From an uncultured SAR86 cluster bacterium (GTDB taxonomy: Bacteria; Pseudomonadota; Gammaproteobacteria; Magnimaribacterales; AG-339-G14), in assembly GCA_902542145.1 (NCBI GenBank), contig CACBTL010000002.1, forward strand, positions 8,170 through 72,169: DNA of 64,000 nucleotides, in the 5' to 3' direction. Positions within the stretch are counted from its first letter, which is position 1; every line of letters starts with the position of its first letter. Of the stretch, positions 10,136 through 20,258 are shown one piece after another. The position numbers and the translations under genes were made by a program. Under the pieces are notes generated by a model. The model ran no database searches, was not told the origin of the DNA, and was given only the letters and a program-made list of their open reading frames with translations.

Positions 10136-11300
10136 TTTTCCTCCTTGATATCACTTTATGTCTATCTGATTCATTTAATTCAAAATATATTCTTTGAATC
10201 AGTGAAATCAAAATAAAGGTCAAAAATAAATTGGAACCGCCGTAGCTCAAAAAAGGCAAGGTCAGCCCTTTTGTAGGAAGTAGTCCGATAGACACACCGA
10301 TGTTGATAAAAACATGCAACCCAATCAGAGTACCTATGCCATATGCAATAAATGAATTAAACATTTGATTCATTTGTCTTGCTAAACGTCCAATCATAAA
10401 ACATCTTATGACTAAAACTAGAAAAATAAAAATTAAAATTAATCCAAAAAAACTACCAAATTCCTCCAAAATAATTGAAAAAACAAAGTCAGTTTGAGCG
10501 TCTGGCAGTAAATTTAATTTCAACCAACTTTCTCCATATCCAGTGCCGAACCAGTCACCTCTGCCAATAGCAGAAAAAGATCTTGTCAGTTGATATCCTC
10601 CTTCTTGAGCATTTTCCCATGGATTCATAAATGTAAGTATTCTTTGAAATCTCCAAGGAACTAAAAAAATCATCAAAATAAATGTAAAAAAACCTACCAT
10701 GGAGATTGCAATAAAATGAATAATAGGCGCACCCGCGATAAACATGATTGTGAGAGTGACCAAAAAGATAATTGTTGAAGAACCTAAATCTGGCTGAAAT
10801 AAAATTAAGGAAATAAGTGAAACCATTATGAAAATGGGCTTCCAAAAACCTTTCCAATTTGATTTGAATTCTTCTTTCTTCCTGATACAAAAAGATGATA
10901 CATAAATCAATAATGATAACTTGGCTAATTCAGCAGGCTGGAAACTAAAACCAAGGAACCTTATCCACCTCTTTGCTCCGTTTATTTCTGGTGCAAGATT
11001 TGGCACTAAGAGTATCAACAAAAGAAAGAGCGATAGAAAAATAAGATATAAGTCAATATTTCTCCATGTACTCATCTCAAACCTGAATATAAAGAAGAAA
11101 AGAACGAAACCCACCATCAAATTAAATATGTGCCTAATGGTTAACTCGTTAGATGAAATGCTCGAAACCATCAAGATTCCAAAGAAAGCTAAGAAAATAG
11201 ATATTGTTGTTGTTGTGAAGTCGAAATTATCAAATTTAATGTTCCGATCATGACTTCCAAATAAAATTCTATTTACAAAGTTTTGCTTTCTAGCCAACAT
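10128..11300 (-). CDS. ftsW: Peptidoglycan glycosyltransferase / lipid II flippase FtsW (SEDS family)
   Basis: It is a multi-TM protein with the LPTKGLTLPFLSYGGSN motif, and lies between murD and murG. Confidence 0.9.
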   Translation of the reverse strand: MLARKQNFVNRILFGSHDRNIKFDNFDFTTTTISIFLAFFGILMVSSISSNELTIRHIFNLMVGFVLFFFIFRFEMSTWRNIDLYLIFLSLFLLLILLVPNLAPEINGAKRWIRFLGFSFQPAELAKLSLLIYVSSFCIRKKEEFKSNWKGFWKPIFIMVSLISLILFQPDLGSSTIIFLVTLTIMFIAGAPIIHFIAISMVGFFTFILMIFLVPWRFQRILTFMNPWENAQEGGYQLTRSFSAIGRGDWFGTGYGESWLKLNLLPDAQTDFVFSIILEEFGSFFGLILIFIFLVLVIRCFMIGRLARQMNQMFNSFIAYGIGTLIGLHVFINIGVSIGLLPTKGLTLPFLSYGGSNLFLTFILISLIQRIYFELNESDRHKVISRRKNF

Positions 11301-12525
11301 ATTTTTTGATTAATTCTTTGAACTTAGCCCCTCTTTCTTCATAATTTTGAAATTCATCAAAACTTGAACAACCGGGAGAAAATAAGACCAAATCATTTTT
11401 AGTTGAATAATTAATAGCCTCTTTCACAGCTTGAGTCATATTCTCAAGCACGATTGGATTTAACTCTTCTATTTCATTTGAAATCTTTTCTCTGTCCGCA
11501 CCATAAACAAAAACTTTCTTAGTTTTTCTCTTAAGAACCTCCTTAAGTGGTCTAAAACTTAGATCCTTTTTTAACCCCCCCATAATTAAAATAATTTTTT
11601 CATTTTTATATTTATTTATTGCAGCATTAAGTGAATGTGGATTGGTAGATTTAGAGTCATTTATGATGGTGAGGTATTTATTTAAGGAAATATCTTCAAG
11701 GCGATGGGGAGGCGGATTAAAGGAAAGTATTTTCTCCTCAATGGATTTTTTTTTGAGGCCTATGTGTAAAAGAATCCTTTTTACAGCTTCTTGATTATAA
11801 ATTTCATGATCTGTGATCTCAGGCATAATGAAATCTAAATCCAAATCTATGCCCTCAGGTCCAATTTTATAGTTTGAGTTTTCAAATATTCTTTTTTTTA
11901 TTTTTGTGTACTGTTGAAAAGAATCGTGAACATCTAAATGATCAGGAGATATATTTAATAATACAGAAACTAAGCTTGATAATGACTTTGTCCTTTCTAT
12001 CTGAAAAGAAGATACTTCGATTACAAAATAATCCAGTTGATCTTCAATATGATTAAGCACAGGAAAACCATTATTTCCTATACTCTTAACCTTAAGTTCC
12101 AAGGATTTCATGATGTGTTGAAGCAAAGATACTACAGATGTTTTTCCGTTTGTTCCTGTAACAAGAATTGATTTTTTAGCATGAACTTTCAAAAAGAGAT
12201 CTAAGTCTGAAAGGATTTCAATGTTATGAGTATTCAACTTTGTTACTATTTCATGACTGATATCAAATCCAGGACTTACATAACACGATCGAATTTCATC
12301 AAAAGCTATCTCCTTTAGATTAGAAATAATTAGAGGATTTTTACTTTTTTTAAGTAATTCTTTTTTGCAAGGAGGATCACTTCTGGTATCAAAAATAATT
12401 GGCTCTTGTTCAAATTTTATTAAGTAATTAAAAAGAGATAAGCCTGTCTGACCAAGTCCTAAAATAAGTGATCGAGAAGTTTTTTTTGACACTTGGCTAC
12501 CTAAGTCTGAGGGTAGCAAATCCAA
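11290..12525 (-). CDS. murD: UDP-N-acetylmuramoylalanine--D-glutamate ligase
   Basis: It has the ILGLGQTG and GTNGKTS motifs. An alternative GTG start at 12492 lies just after the mraY stop. Confidence 0.9.
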   Translation of the reverse strand: MDLLPSDLGSQVSKKTSRSLILGLGQTGLSLFNYLIKFEQEPIIFDTRSDPPCKKELLKKSKNPLIISNLKEIAFDEIRSCYVSPGFDISHEIVTKLNTHNIEILSDLDLFLKVHAKKSILVTGTNGKTSVVSLLQHIMKSLELKVKSIGNNGFPVLNHIEDQLDYFVIEVSSFQIERTKSLSSLVSVLLNISPDHLDVHDSFQQYTKIKKRIFENSNYKIGPEGIDLDLDFIMPEITDHEIYNQEAVKRILLHIGLKKKSIEEKILSFNPPPHRLEDISLNKYLTIINDSKSTNPHSLNAAINKYKNEKIILIMGGLKKDLSFRPLKEVLKRKTKKVFVYGADREKISNEIEELNPIVLENMTQAVKEAINYSTKNDLVLFSPGCSSFDEFQNYEERGAKFKELIKKYVG

Positions 12526-13579
12526 TAAGAATTAGAATTAATGTAATTATCCAGAATCTCACAATAATCTTTGGTTCTGCCCATCCTGATAATTCAAAAT
12601 GGTGATGCAAAGGAGCCATCTTGAATACCCTTTTACCAGTTAATTTGTATGAAGTAACCTGGATCATGACAGATAACGTCTCGGCAACAAAAACTCCTGC
12701 CATTATCGCAAATACTATTTCTTGCCTTATCATAACCGCAATTGCTCCCAGTGCTGCCCCTAATGAAAGAGAGCCTACATCCCCCATAAAGACTTGAGCA
12801 GGATAAGTATTGAACCATAGAAATCCAATTCCAGACCCTACAATAGCACCACAAAATACAAGCATTTCACCTGATAGTGGTAAATATGGAATATTGAGAT
12901 AATCTGAAATGATTATGTTTCCAGATGAATATCCAAGAACTCCTAAAGCAGCTGCAATCATTACTGAAGGCATAATTGCTAGACCATCTAAGCCATCTGT
13001 AAGATTCACCGCGCTACTTGAGCCAACAATTACAAAATAAGAAAAGAAAATAAAAAATAAACCTAATGGCAAAGAAAAATCTTTGAAAAAAGGAATTATT
13101 AAGCTCGTCTCAAGGGGATTTGTAGAATATGTATAAAAAATTATTAAGCCGATAAAAGCTGATAGAGACTGCCAAAAAAACTTCTGCCTACTTGTAAGTC
13201 CATTGCTTGACTGAGTTTTTAGTTTAGTTAAATCATCTATCCAGCCAATTACCCCAAATGAAACTGTCATAAATAATACCAACCACAGGTACTTATTTGA
13301 TAAGTCCCCCCAACAAAAAACTGAAAATACTACAGCTGCTAAAATCAGCAGCCCCCCCATTGTTGGAGTTCCTTCTTTAACAAGATGTCTTTTGGGTCCT
13401 TCTTTTCTAATATATTGATTAAACCTTTCCATTTTCAAAAAATTAATGAACCAATTTCCAAAAGATAGGCAAAAAATCAATGAAGTTAGAGTGGCTAAAA
13501 TTGCTCTAAAAGTAAGATAATTGAAAATCCTCAAGGGACCATAGCTTTCAGCTAGAATTTCTAAAATAGGTAAAAACAT
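12497..13579 (-). CDS. mraY: Phospho-N-acetylmuramoyl-pentapeptide transferase
   Basis: It has the NLTDGLDGLA and APLHHHFELSGW motifs and is 360 aa. Confidence 0.95.
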   Translation of the reverse strand: MFLPILEILAESYGPLRIFNYLTFRAILATLTSLIFCLSFGNWFINFLKMERFNQYIRKEGPKRHLVKEGTPTMGGLLILAAVVFSVFCWGDLSNKYLWLVLFMTVSFGVIGWIDDLTKLKTQSSNGLTSRQKFFWQSLSAFIGLIIFYTYSTNPLETSLIIPFFKDFSLPLGLFFIFFSYFVIVGSSSAVNLTDGLDGLAIMPSVMIAAALGVLGYSSGNIIISDYLNIPYLPLSGEMLVFCGAIVGSGIGFLWFNTYPAQVFMGDVGSLSLGAALGAIAVMIRQEIVFAIMAGVFVAETLSVMIQVTSYKLTGKRVFKMAPLHHHFELSGWAEPKIIVRFWIITLILILIGFATLRLR

Positions 13580-14817
13580 TATTTAAAAATATTCATGCAA
13601 TCTTCCATTTTAACTGATCTAGATGCCTTAAATAATATGGCAGTATTTTTACTCAATAAAGATCCGATCTTTTCTTCTGCATTCGCAATATTTATTTTGA
13701 CTACATTCTCCTTCGTGAGTTCAAATTTGGAGTTAAATAAAAAAACGTTATCAAATCTCTCACAGGCTTCATCGATTATTTTTTTCATTTCTTGCTGAAA
13801 GTCTTTACCCAGTTCTTTCATATCACCTATAACACAAATTTTATTTTCTTTATCAGTAGAATCTAAGACTCTAAATGCCTCTTTAAATGAATCAGGATTT
13901 GCATTGTAAGTATCATCAATTATTAAAACACCCTTAGAATTATAGCCTTGCTCTGTCCTAGATGGGACGACAACATCTTTTGATAAATTATATATTTGAT
14001 CAAAAGAGATATTTTCTATGCCTAAACTTACTAGAATAGCTTCTACACACTTACTGTTTGATTTTTTTGCATTTAGTTCATCACTAAAAAAGGATCTGAT
14101 CTTTTTATCATGAGACTTAGCATTAAACTCACTGAGATGAGCATTAATATCTGGGAAGATACAAGTTCCTTGAAGTAAAACATTTTTAAAAATATCAGAT
14201 TTCTCTTGTGCAACTCCCTCAAGATTTATTAATTTTTCTAGGTGAGCTTTTCCAATTGATGTGATGACTCCTACTTCGGGCTGCAAAATTGACGACAATT
14301 CATTTATTTCACCAAAGTCATTCGTTCCTATCTCAAAAATTCCAAATTTATGATGTTTTTTTAATTCTAGGAGACTAAAGCATAATCCGTAAAAATTATT
14401 CCAGTTTCCTGGTGATACATAAATTTGAGATGGATCAAATTTGTTGGATAAAAGATGGCTCAATAGCAATTTAGTCGAAGTTTTACCGTTACTTCCAGTG
14501 ATACCTACAACTTTACCTTCAAACTTTTCTCTTTGGTATTTAGCTAAAAAAGATAAACATTCATTTGTTGAATTAACGCCTAAAATTTTTTCATCTTGAG
14601 GATAATTTTTTTCAGAAATAACAAAAGAGGCTCCCCTATCCAATGCTTCATCAATAAAGTCATGTCCATTGGAATTAGGCCCCTTTAAAGCAAGAAAACA
14701 ATCACCTTTTGAAATTTTTCTAGAGTCTGTAACTATTTTTGAGGATACAAATTCTTTCTTAGGTTTCTCAAGATTTAATTTAGCGGCTAATATTTGGTTT
14801 GACAATTCAAATAGCAT
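13579..14817 (-). CDS. murF: UDP-N-acetylmuramoyl-tripeptide--D-alanyl-D-alanine ligase
   Basis: It has the GITGSNGKTSTK motif and the Mur ligase architecture. Its position is conserved. Confidence 0.9.
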   Translation of the reverse strand: MLFELSNQILAAKLNLEKPKKEFVSSKIVTDSRKISKGDCFLALKGPNSNGHDFIDEALDRGASFVISEKNYPQDEKILGVNSTNECLSFLAKYQREKFEGKVVGITGSNGKTSTKLLLSHLLSNKFDPSQIYVSPGNWNNFYGLCFSLLELKKHHKFGIFEIGTNDFGEINELSSILQPEVGVITSIGKAHLEKLINLEGVAQEKSDIFKNVLLQGTCIFPDINAHLSEFNAKSHDKKIRSFFSDELNAKKSNSKCVEAILVSLGIENISFDQIYNLSKDVVVPSRTEQGYNSKGVLIIDDTYNANPDSFKEAFRVLDSTDKENKICVIGDMKELGKDFQQEMKKIIDEACERFDNVFLFNSKFELTKENVVKINIANAEEKIGSLLSKNTAILFKASRSVKMEDCMNIFK

Positions 14818-16246
14818 TTTTAAAACTCATCACTACTTCAAGATCACTAAAATCTTTTCTTAATCCATTCCCAAATTCTTGATAATTTTCATTTCCCTTT
14901 CCTGCAATTAATAATGCGGAACCGGGTTTACTATTAATAAGTGATTCAAGTGATTCAAGAATAGCTTCTTTTCTATCAAAAATTACATTTATATTCTTTG
15001 ATGAACACTCTGATAAAATATCTTCAACAATTTTTTCAGGATCTTCACTCCTAGGATTATCATTGGTAACGAAAACCTGATCAGATAAATTTTCTGCTAT
15101 TCTTCCCATCTTTGACCTTTTAGATCTATCCCTATCACCGCCACATCCAAATAGACAAATTAAATTTCCAGAATGTGTGCTTCTTAAAGATTTTAAACTT
15201 GTATCCAATGCATCAGGAGTATGTGCAAAATCAATAAATACATCTCTTCCTTCAAAATCTATTTTTTGATTTCTTCCATCAGGCAGGCTAAGGTCAAAAA
15301 AATCTATTCTTGATAAATTAACGTCTTGGTTTGCAACCTTAAACAAAAGAAGAGCACAAACCAGATTTGAGAAATAATGGTCTCCTTGGAAGTTAACACT
15401 AATTTTTTTCGGCATGATATCGTCTGAATCCAATAAAAATTTATTTGATGAGCTTTTATGTATGAATACATCAGCATCTTTGTTATGAAATGAATATGAA
15501 TAAGAATTTTTGTATTTTTGTTTAAGTTTTGTACCTAAGTAATTGTCTTCATTAAACACATATCCTTCTTGCGAAAAGTCATCGGAATCAAAAAAAGATT
15601 CTTTTATGTCTGAATACTTCTCCATATTGCCGTGGTAATCAAGATGGTCTTCAGAGAAACTTGTTAATCCTTTAAATTTGATTTCGATATCTCCGATCCT
15701 TTTTTGATGTATTGCATGAGATGAAACCTCTAGCAAAAAATTCTCAATATTGTGTCCACTTGATATTTCTAAAAACCTGTAAAGTTTGAAGATATCAGGA
15801 GTTGTCATATTTGAAGATCGTAACTCGAGGCCTGAACCTCCATTTTCAATAGAGTTAAAAAAAGATACCTTCATATTTAGCTGTTCATGTAATTGTTTGA
15901 GAAAATGAATTGTGCTGGTCTTACCATTTGTACCAGTTATACCAAATATCTTTTTAACTTGATTATACGCATAGGCCTTATTTGCTAGATCTACTAGTTT
16001 TTCTTCTAACCCAGAAACATGAATTATGTTTCTATTATCATTGGCATGATGTATGCCAGAAAGAATGGCTACTGCTCCTTTATCAAAGGCATGATCTATA
16101 TATTTATTTCCATCTCTTTTGGAAGAATTTTTTAATGCAACAAAAATATCTCCTGGATCTATGTCATTTGAATTGATGCATAATTTTTTAAATTGAATAT
16201 CACTTTTTAATTTATTGCTGTCTAATAAATTCTTTAGACTTTTCAT
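14807..16246 (-). CDS. murE: UDP-N-acetylmuramoyl-L-alanyl-D-glutamate--2,6-diaminopimelate ligase
   Basis: It has the GITGTNGKTST and DNPRSEDP motifs. Confidence 0.9.
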   Translation of the reverse strand: MKSLKNLLDSNKLKSDIQFKKLCINSNDIDPGDIFVALKNSSKRDGNKYIDHAFDKGAVAILSGIHHANDNRNIIHVSGLEEKLVDLANKAYAYNQVKKIFGITGTNGKTSTIHFLKQLHEQLNMKVSFFNSIENGGSGLELRSSNMTTPDIFKLYRFLEISSGHNIENFLLEVSSHAIHQKRIGDIEIKFKGLTSFSEDHLDYHGNMEKYSDIKESFFDSDDFSQEGYVFNEDNYLGTKLKQKYKNSYSYSFHNKDADVFIHKSSSNKFLLDSDDIMPKKISVNFQGDHYFSNLVCALLLFKVANQDVNLSRIDFFDLSLPDGRNQKIDFEGRDVFIDFAHTPDALDTSLKSLRSTHSGNLICLFGCGGDRDRSKRSKMGRIAENLSDQVFVTNDNPRSEDPEKIVEDILSECSSKNINVIFDRKEAILESLESLINSKPGSALLIAGKGNENYQEFGNGLRKDFSDLEVVMSFKNAI

Positions 16247-17871
16247 GAGGAAGCAAAAATTGATTTAAAAATATTTGAAAAGATTGGAGCTGCAACATCG
16301 GAGCCTCCTGAAACATCATTTTTTGGTTCTTGGACCATTATTGCCAGTAAATATCTCTCACTATTTTTTTCTATGAATCCTACAAATAGAGCATTTATAG
16401 AGTCTTCATCATATCCTTGCTGTTTAGAAATGAAGCTTGTCCCTGTTTTTCCTCCAACAACTCCATCTTTTACTTTGGCTAGTTTTCCAGTCCCATTATT
16501 CACAGTATGGATTAAAATATTTTTTATCTTATCAGTGGTTTCCTTTTTAAGAATTCTTCTTCTTATTTCATTATTTTCTGATGAAATAATCTTTAGATTT
16601 GCTTCGATACCTTCGTTTAAAATTCCAGTATATGCTTTTGCAATGTGAAGCAAAGTTGTCTGGAGACCATACCCATAACATAAACTAACTAAACCTCTCA
16701 AGGAAATATTCTGTTCCCCAGGCAAAAATCCCTCTCTATGATTTAAAAACATGTCACTAAAGTACTCTCCGATTCCAAAAGAACGTATTCCTGATATTAC
16801 TCTTGATTTGTTCATTTGAGAGCAAATTTTTACAGTTCCTACATTACTTGATTTAGCTATAACATCGCTTACTGAAAGAATTCCATAATTTCTAAAATCC
16901 TCTGTTCTGTAATCCTCAAATTCAACCCATCCAGGATTAGTATCAATCAAGGTATCTTCGTTAACTAATTCATCGTCTAGAGCTAAAGAAATACTAAGAG
17001 GTTTTAAAACAGAACCGGGTTCCAAAAGAGAAATCGATGCCTTGTTTGTCACTAAAGAAATATCTGATAAAGATTTTCTATCGTTGGGATTAAAGCTAGG
17101 ATAATTAGTTATTGCTAAAATCTCTTCAGTATCTAGATCAATCATTATTGCGGAAGCATTACTAGCATTGTTTTCAATTACAGCCCTTTTCAACTCATCA
17201 AAAACAATAAATTGATAATCTGAATCAATAGATAACTTAATTAAGTCGCCATCCTTCTCAGGGAGAATGACTTCTTCAATAACTTTTCCATTACCATCTC
17301 TCTTTAAATCTATTCTCCCATCTGAGCTATCAAGACTTTTCTGAAAGCTGAGCTCTATACCTTGAAGACCATCATTATTTATATCAGTGATCCCAATTAG
17401 TTGAGAAAAAGCTTCTCCTTCGGGATAATTTCTGTAGTATTTTTCATCAAAAACCAGTCCTTGAATTTTTTCCTTTTTAAGTGCCTCTACTTTTTCCCTA
17501 TTTACTTTTTTAGAAATTTGAATGAATTTAAGCCTCTGATTAGATGATCTTTCTCTTAAATTTTGCTCCTCGATATTCAATAAATTGGAAATAAATTTTA
17601 TCTCGTCTGGTTTGTACGAAAAATAATTAAGGTCTATTCCAATATCGTAAAAAATAATATCTTCAGCCAATATTCGATCATTTCTATCGACTATCTTTCC
17701 TCGTGATGACTTTATGACTTTACTTTGTGAAATTCGATTATCAATTTTATCAAATGAAAAGTCTGCCTCAGTTATTTGGAAATATATTAATCTTACGAAG
17801 AGGAGTAAAAAAAGCACGGGAAGAAAAAACCAGAGAACAAGTTCTCTGGTTTTTTCCGTTTGATGGCTCAA
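16243..17871 (-). CDS. ftsI: Peptidoglycan D,D-transpeptidase FtsI (PBP3)
   Basis: It has an N-terminal TM segment and the SVLK (SxxK), SSN and KTGTS motifs. The start is TTG, 6 nt after the ftsZ stop. Confidence 0.9.
   Translation of the reverse strand: MSHQTEKTRELVLWFFLPVLFLLLFVRLIYFQITEADFSFDKIDNRISQSKVIKSSRGKIVDRNDRILAEDIIFYDIGIDLNYFSYKPDEIKFISNLLNIEEQNLRERSSNQRLKFIQISKKVNREKVEALKKEKIQGLVFDEKYYRNYPEGEAFSQLIGITDINNDGLQGIELSFQKSLDSSDGRIDLKRDGNGKVIEEVILPEKDGDLIKLSIDSDYQFIVFDELKRAVIENNASNASAIMIDLDTEEILAITNYPSFNPNDRKSLSDISLVTNKASISLLEPGSVLKPLSISLALDDELVNEDTLIDTNPGWVEFEDYRTEDFRNYGILSVSDVIAKSSNVGTVKICSQMNKSRVISGIRSFGIGEYFSDMFLNHREGFLPGEQNISLRGLVSLCYGYGLQTTLLHIAKAYTGILNEGIEANLKIISSENNEIRRRILKKETTDKIKNILIHTVNNGTGKLAKVKDGVVGGKTGTSFISKQQGYDEDSINALFVGFIEKNSERYLLAIMVQEPKNDVSGGSDVAAPIFSNIFKSIFASS
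17825..17854 (-). terminator. Intrinsic-terminator-like perfect palindrome (A-run, 9-bp GC-containing stem, U6) inside codons 6-15 of ftsI, 24-53 nt downstream of the ftsZ stop
   Basis: The sense-strand RNA reads AAAAA-CCAGAGAAC-UU-GUUCUCUGG-UUUUUU. It has 14 consecutive complementary positions, symmetric on both strands. Confidence 0.45.
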
Positions 17872-17877
17872 AGAAAA

Positions 17878-19005
17878 CTAATCTATTTGTTTTTTAACGA
17901 ACGATGGAATATCTAGATATTCTGAATCCATTAAATCACTAGACGAAACCTTTTTAACTTCCCTAGAAGAATGAGAAATATCTGGCTTCGGGAGGATGGG
18001 TTCAACAGATTCAAATTCAAAGGTATTTTTAGGCATCTTTTTAGATGCATTTCCACCAAGGCCAGTTGCGACAATTGTAACCTTTATATCTGCTCCCATA
18101 GAATCATCAAATGCCACACCATGAATAATTGTTGCATCTTGTGCAGCAAATTCTTTTACCAAGGCAAGAACTTCCTCAACTTCACCCGTTTTCATATCCG
18201 GTCCAGCAGTGATGTTAACAAGAACTCCTTTTGCATTTTCCAGATTGATATCTTCTAATAATGGACTTCCAACGGCTGCAGAAGCTGCCTCTTTTGCCCT
18301 GCTTGGCCCATTTGCAATTCCCGTCCCCATCATAGCTGTTCCTTTTTCTGACATTACTGTTTTAACATCTTGAAAATCAACATTAACGAGTCCAGTTTGT
18401 GTGATGATATCTGATATACCTCTAACAGCTCCTAATAGAACATCGTTTGCTTGCTTGAAGGCATCAAGAAGACTATGTTCTCTCCCAAGAACTTCCAATA
18501 ATTTTTGGTTAGGGATTGCGATTAGTGAATCAACTTCATCTGTAAGCTCTTTTAAGCCAACATCTGCAATCTGATCTCGCATTTCAAGCTCTAATGGCTT
18601 GGTGACTACTGCAACTGTCAAAGCACCTATTTCTTTGGCAGCTCTAGCAACAATTGGGGCTGCACCAGTTCCAGTTCCGCCGCCCATTCCTGCTGCAACA
18701 AAAACCATATCTGAACCCTCAAGCAAGGTTTTAATTCTTTCAAGATCATCAAGTGCAGCATCTCTTCCAACCTCAGGCTTCCCTCCTGCTCCAAGACCAT
18801 TAGAAATACCGGTTCCAAGAGTAATTTTTAATTCTGCTAAATTGGTATCAAGCGCTTGCTCATCTGTATTAGCACAAATCATTTGCACGCCTTCGATACC
18901 GCTTTCAACCATATGGTTTACTGCGTTTCCTCCAGCTCCACCTACTCCTACTACTCTTATAAGAGCAGATGATTTAGTTTCATTTTCTACAACGGTCCAG
19001 TTCAT
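17878..19005 (-). CDS. ftsZ: Cell division GTPase FtsZ
   Basis: It has the GVGGAGGNAV and GGGTGTGAAP tubulin signatures and the conserved C-terminal peptide DIPSFVKKQ. Confidence 0.97.
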   Translation of the reverse strand: MNWTVVENETKSSALIRVVGVGGAGGNAVNHMVESGIEGVQMICANTDEQALDTNLAELKITLGTGISNGLGAGGKPEVGRDAALDDLERIKTLLEGSDMVFVAAGMGGGTGTGAAPIVARAAKEIGALTVAVVTKPLELEMRDQIADVGLKELTDEVDSLIAIPNQKLLEVLGREHSLLDAFKQANDVLLGAVRGISDIITQTGLVNVDFQDVKTVMSEKGTAMMGTGIANGPSRAKEAASAAVGSPLLEDINLENAKGVLVNITAGPDMKTGEVEEVLALVKEFAAQDATIIHGVAFDDSMGADIKVTIVATGLGGNASKKMPKNTFEFESVEPILPKPDISHSSREVKKVSSSDLMDSEYLDIPSFVKKQID

Positions 19006-19022
19006 AGTCCCTCCTTATTAAA

Positions 19023-20252
19023 TTAGAAATTGTTTTGGATCCATCTAAAAGCTTTGTTAAAAATGTTCTTATCTTTCATGAATAGATAGTTCATATGGTC
19101 TTCTTCTTGTGATTTTTGGCTATATAAGACCAACCCTACAGCAGTTGCATATATTGGATTCCTTAAAATATCGCTCAATCCTATCAATCCTGATGGTGAA
19201 CCAATACGAACAGGAGCATTAAAAACTTCCTCTGCTAATTGGGCTACTCCTTCCATCCTGGATGTTCCACCCGTGATTACAATCCCGGCGGGAATATTAT
19301 TTTCTAAAGAAGATAAGTTAAGTTTTTGTTTTATTAAGCCAAAAATATCCATATACCTTTGCTCTATTACACTGGCTAGGGCCATTCTTGAGAAAATTTT
19401 ATTTTTTCTTCCTGCCATACCTGAAACCTCAATTGTTTCATTTTCATGAATTATGGAGCTTGAAGCACAGCCATACTTCTTCTTGAGTTCTTCTGCTTGG
19501 ATACTTGGAGTTTGAAGTGCTCTAGCAATGTCTTTAGTAATATGATCGCCTGAAGTTGGAATATTAGCAGTATGACTTATTGCTCCATTTTGAAAAACTG
19601 CAACGTCTGAAGTTCCGCCGCCCATGTCAATTAAACACGTTCCCAACTCTTTTTCATCTTCTGATAGGACAGAGTAACTTGACGCTAGTTGCTCCAAAAC
19701 AAATCCTTCAACACTAATACCACAAGCTTTCATACAGGAGGATATGTTTTGAGCAGAGTTCCTGTTACAGGTGACTAGATGAACTTTGGTCTCCAGTCTA
19801 ACGCCAGCCATTCCGAAAGGTTCTTTAATGCCATTTTGTTGATCAATAATATAGTCTCTCGGCAGAACATGAAGCAATTGAGAGTCATCTGGAATAGCAT
19901 ATGCTTGTGCAGCAGTGATGACTCTATCAACATCACTAACTTTGACTTTTTTATCTTTAATTCCTACAACACCTTCAGAATTTAAACCATTGATATGACC
20001 TCCACTTATACCTACAAAAGCTGATGTAACTTGTTTACCAGACATCAATTCTGCATCATTTACCGCGGATTCTATTGCGGATACAGTTGATTCAATATCA
20101 ACAATCACTCCGTTTTTTAAACCTTGAGAAGTTTGGCTTCCTAAGCCGATAACTCGTAACTCGTGATCAACATATTCGGCGATTAGACACACGACTTTCG
20201 AGGTGCCTATGTCAATACCTACCCTGATGTTATTTGATCCGTTGCTAGCCAT
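19023..20252 (-). CDS. ftsA: Cell division protein FtsA
   Basis: It has the actin-fold motifs GIDIGTSKV and DMGGGTSDVAVF and is 409 aa. Confidence 0.95.
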   Translation of the reverse strand: MASNGSNNIRVGIDIGTSKVVCLIAEYVDHELRVIGLGSQTSQGLKNGVIVDIESTVSAIESAVNDAELMSGKQVTSAFVGISGGHINGLNSEGVVGIKDKKVKVSDVDRVITAAQAYAIPDDSQLLHVLPRDYIIDQQNGIKEPFGMAGVRLETKVHLVTCNRNSAQNISSCMKACGISVEGFVLEQLASSYSVLSEDEKELGTCLIDMGGGTSDVAVFQNGAISHTANIPTSGDHITKDIARALQTPSIQAEELKKKYGCASSSIIHENETIEVSGMAGRKNKIFSRMALASVIEQRYMDIFGLIKQKLNLSSLENNIPAGIVITGGTSRMEGVAQLAEEVFNAPVRIGSPSGLIGLSDILRNPIYATAVGLVLYSQKSQEEDHMNYLFMKDKNIFNKAFRWIQNNF

Positions 20253-20258
20253 ATTAAT

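Noticed and set aside
10555-10890. A 111-aa same-strand alternative-frame ORF inside ftsW. Similar small internal ORFs occur at 905..1123, 5665..5847, 12633..12854 and 27384..27566.
   Set aside because: They are nested in alternative frames of strongly supported genes. They have low-complexity or odd composition, and nothing suggests overlapping coding.
18599-19021. A 140-aa ORF on the + strand, antisense to ftsZ (Ala/Pro/Ser-rich).
   Set aside because: It lies entirely inside the strongly supported ftsZ CDS. Its composition is the mirror image of the Gly/Ala-rich FtsZ codons. It has no start context and no recognisable motif.
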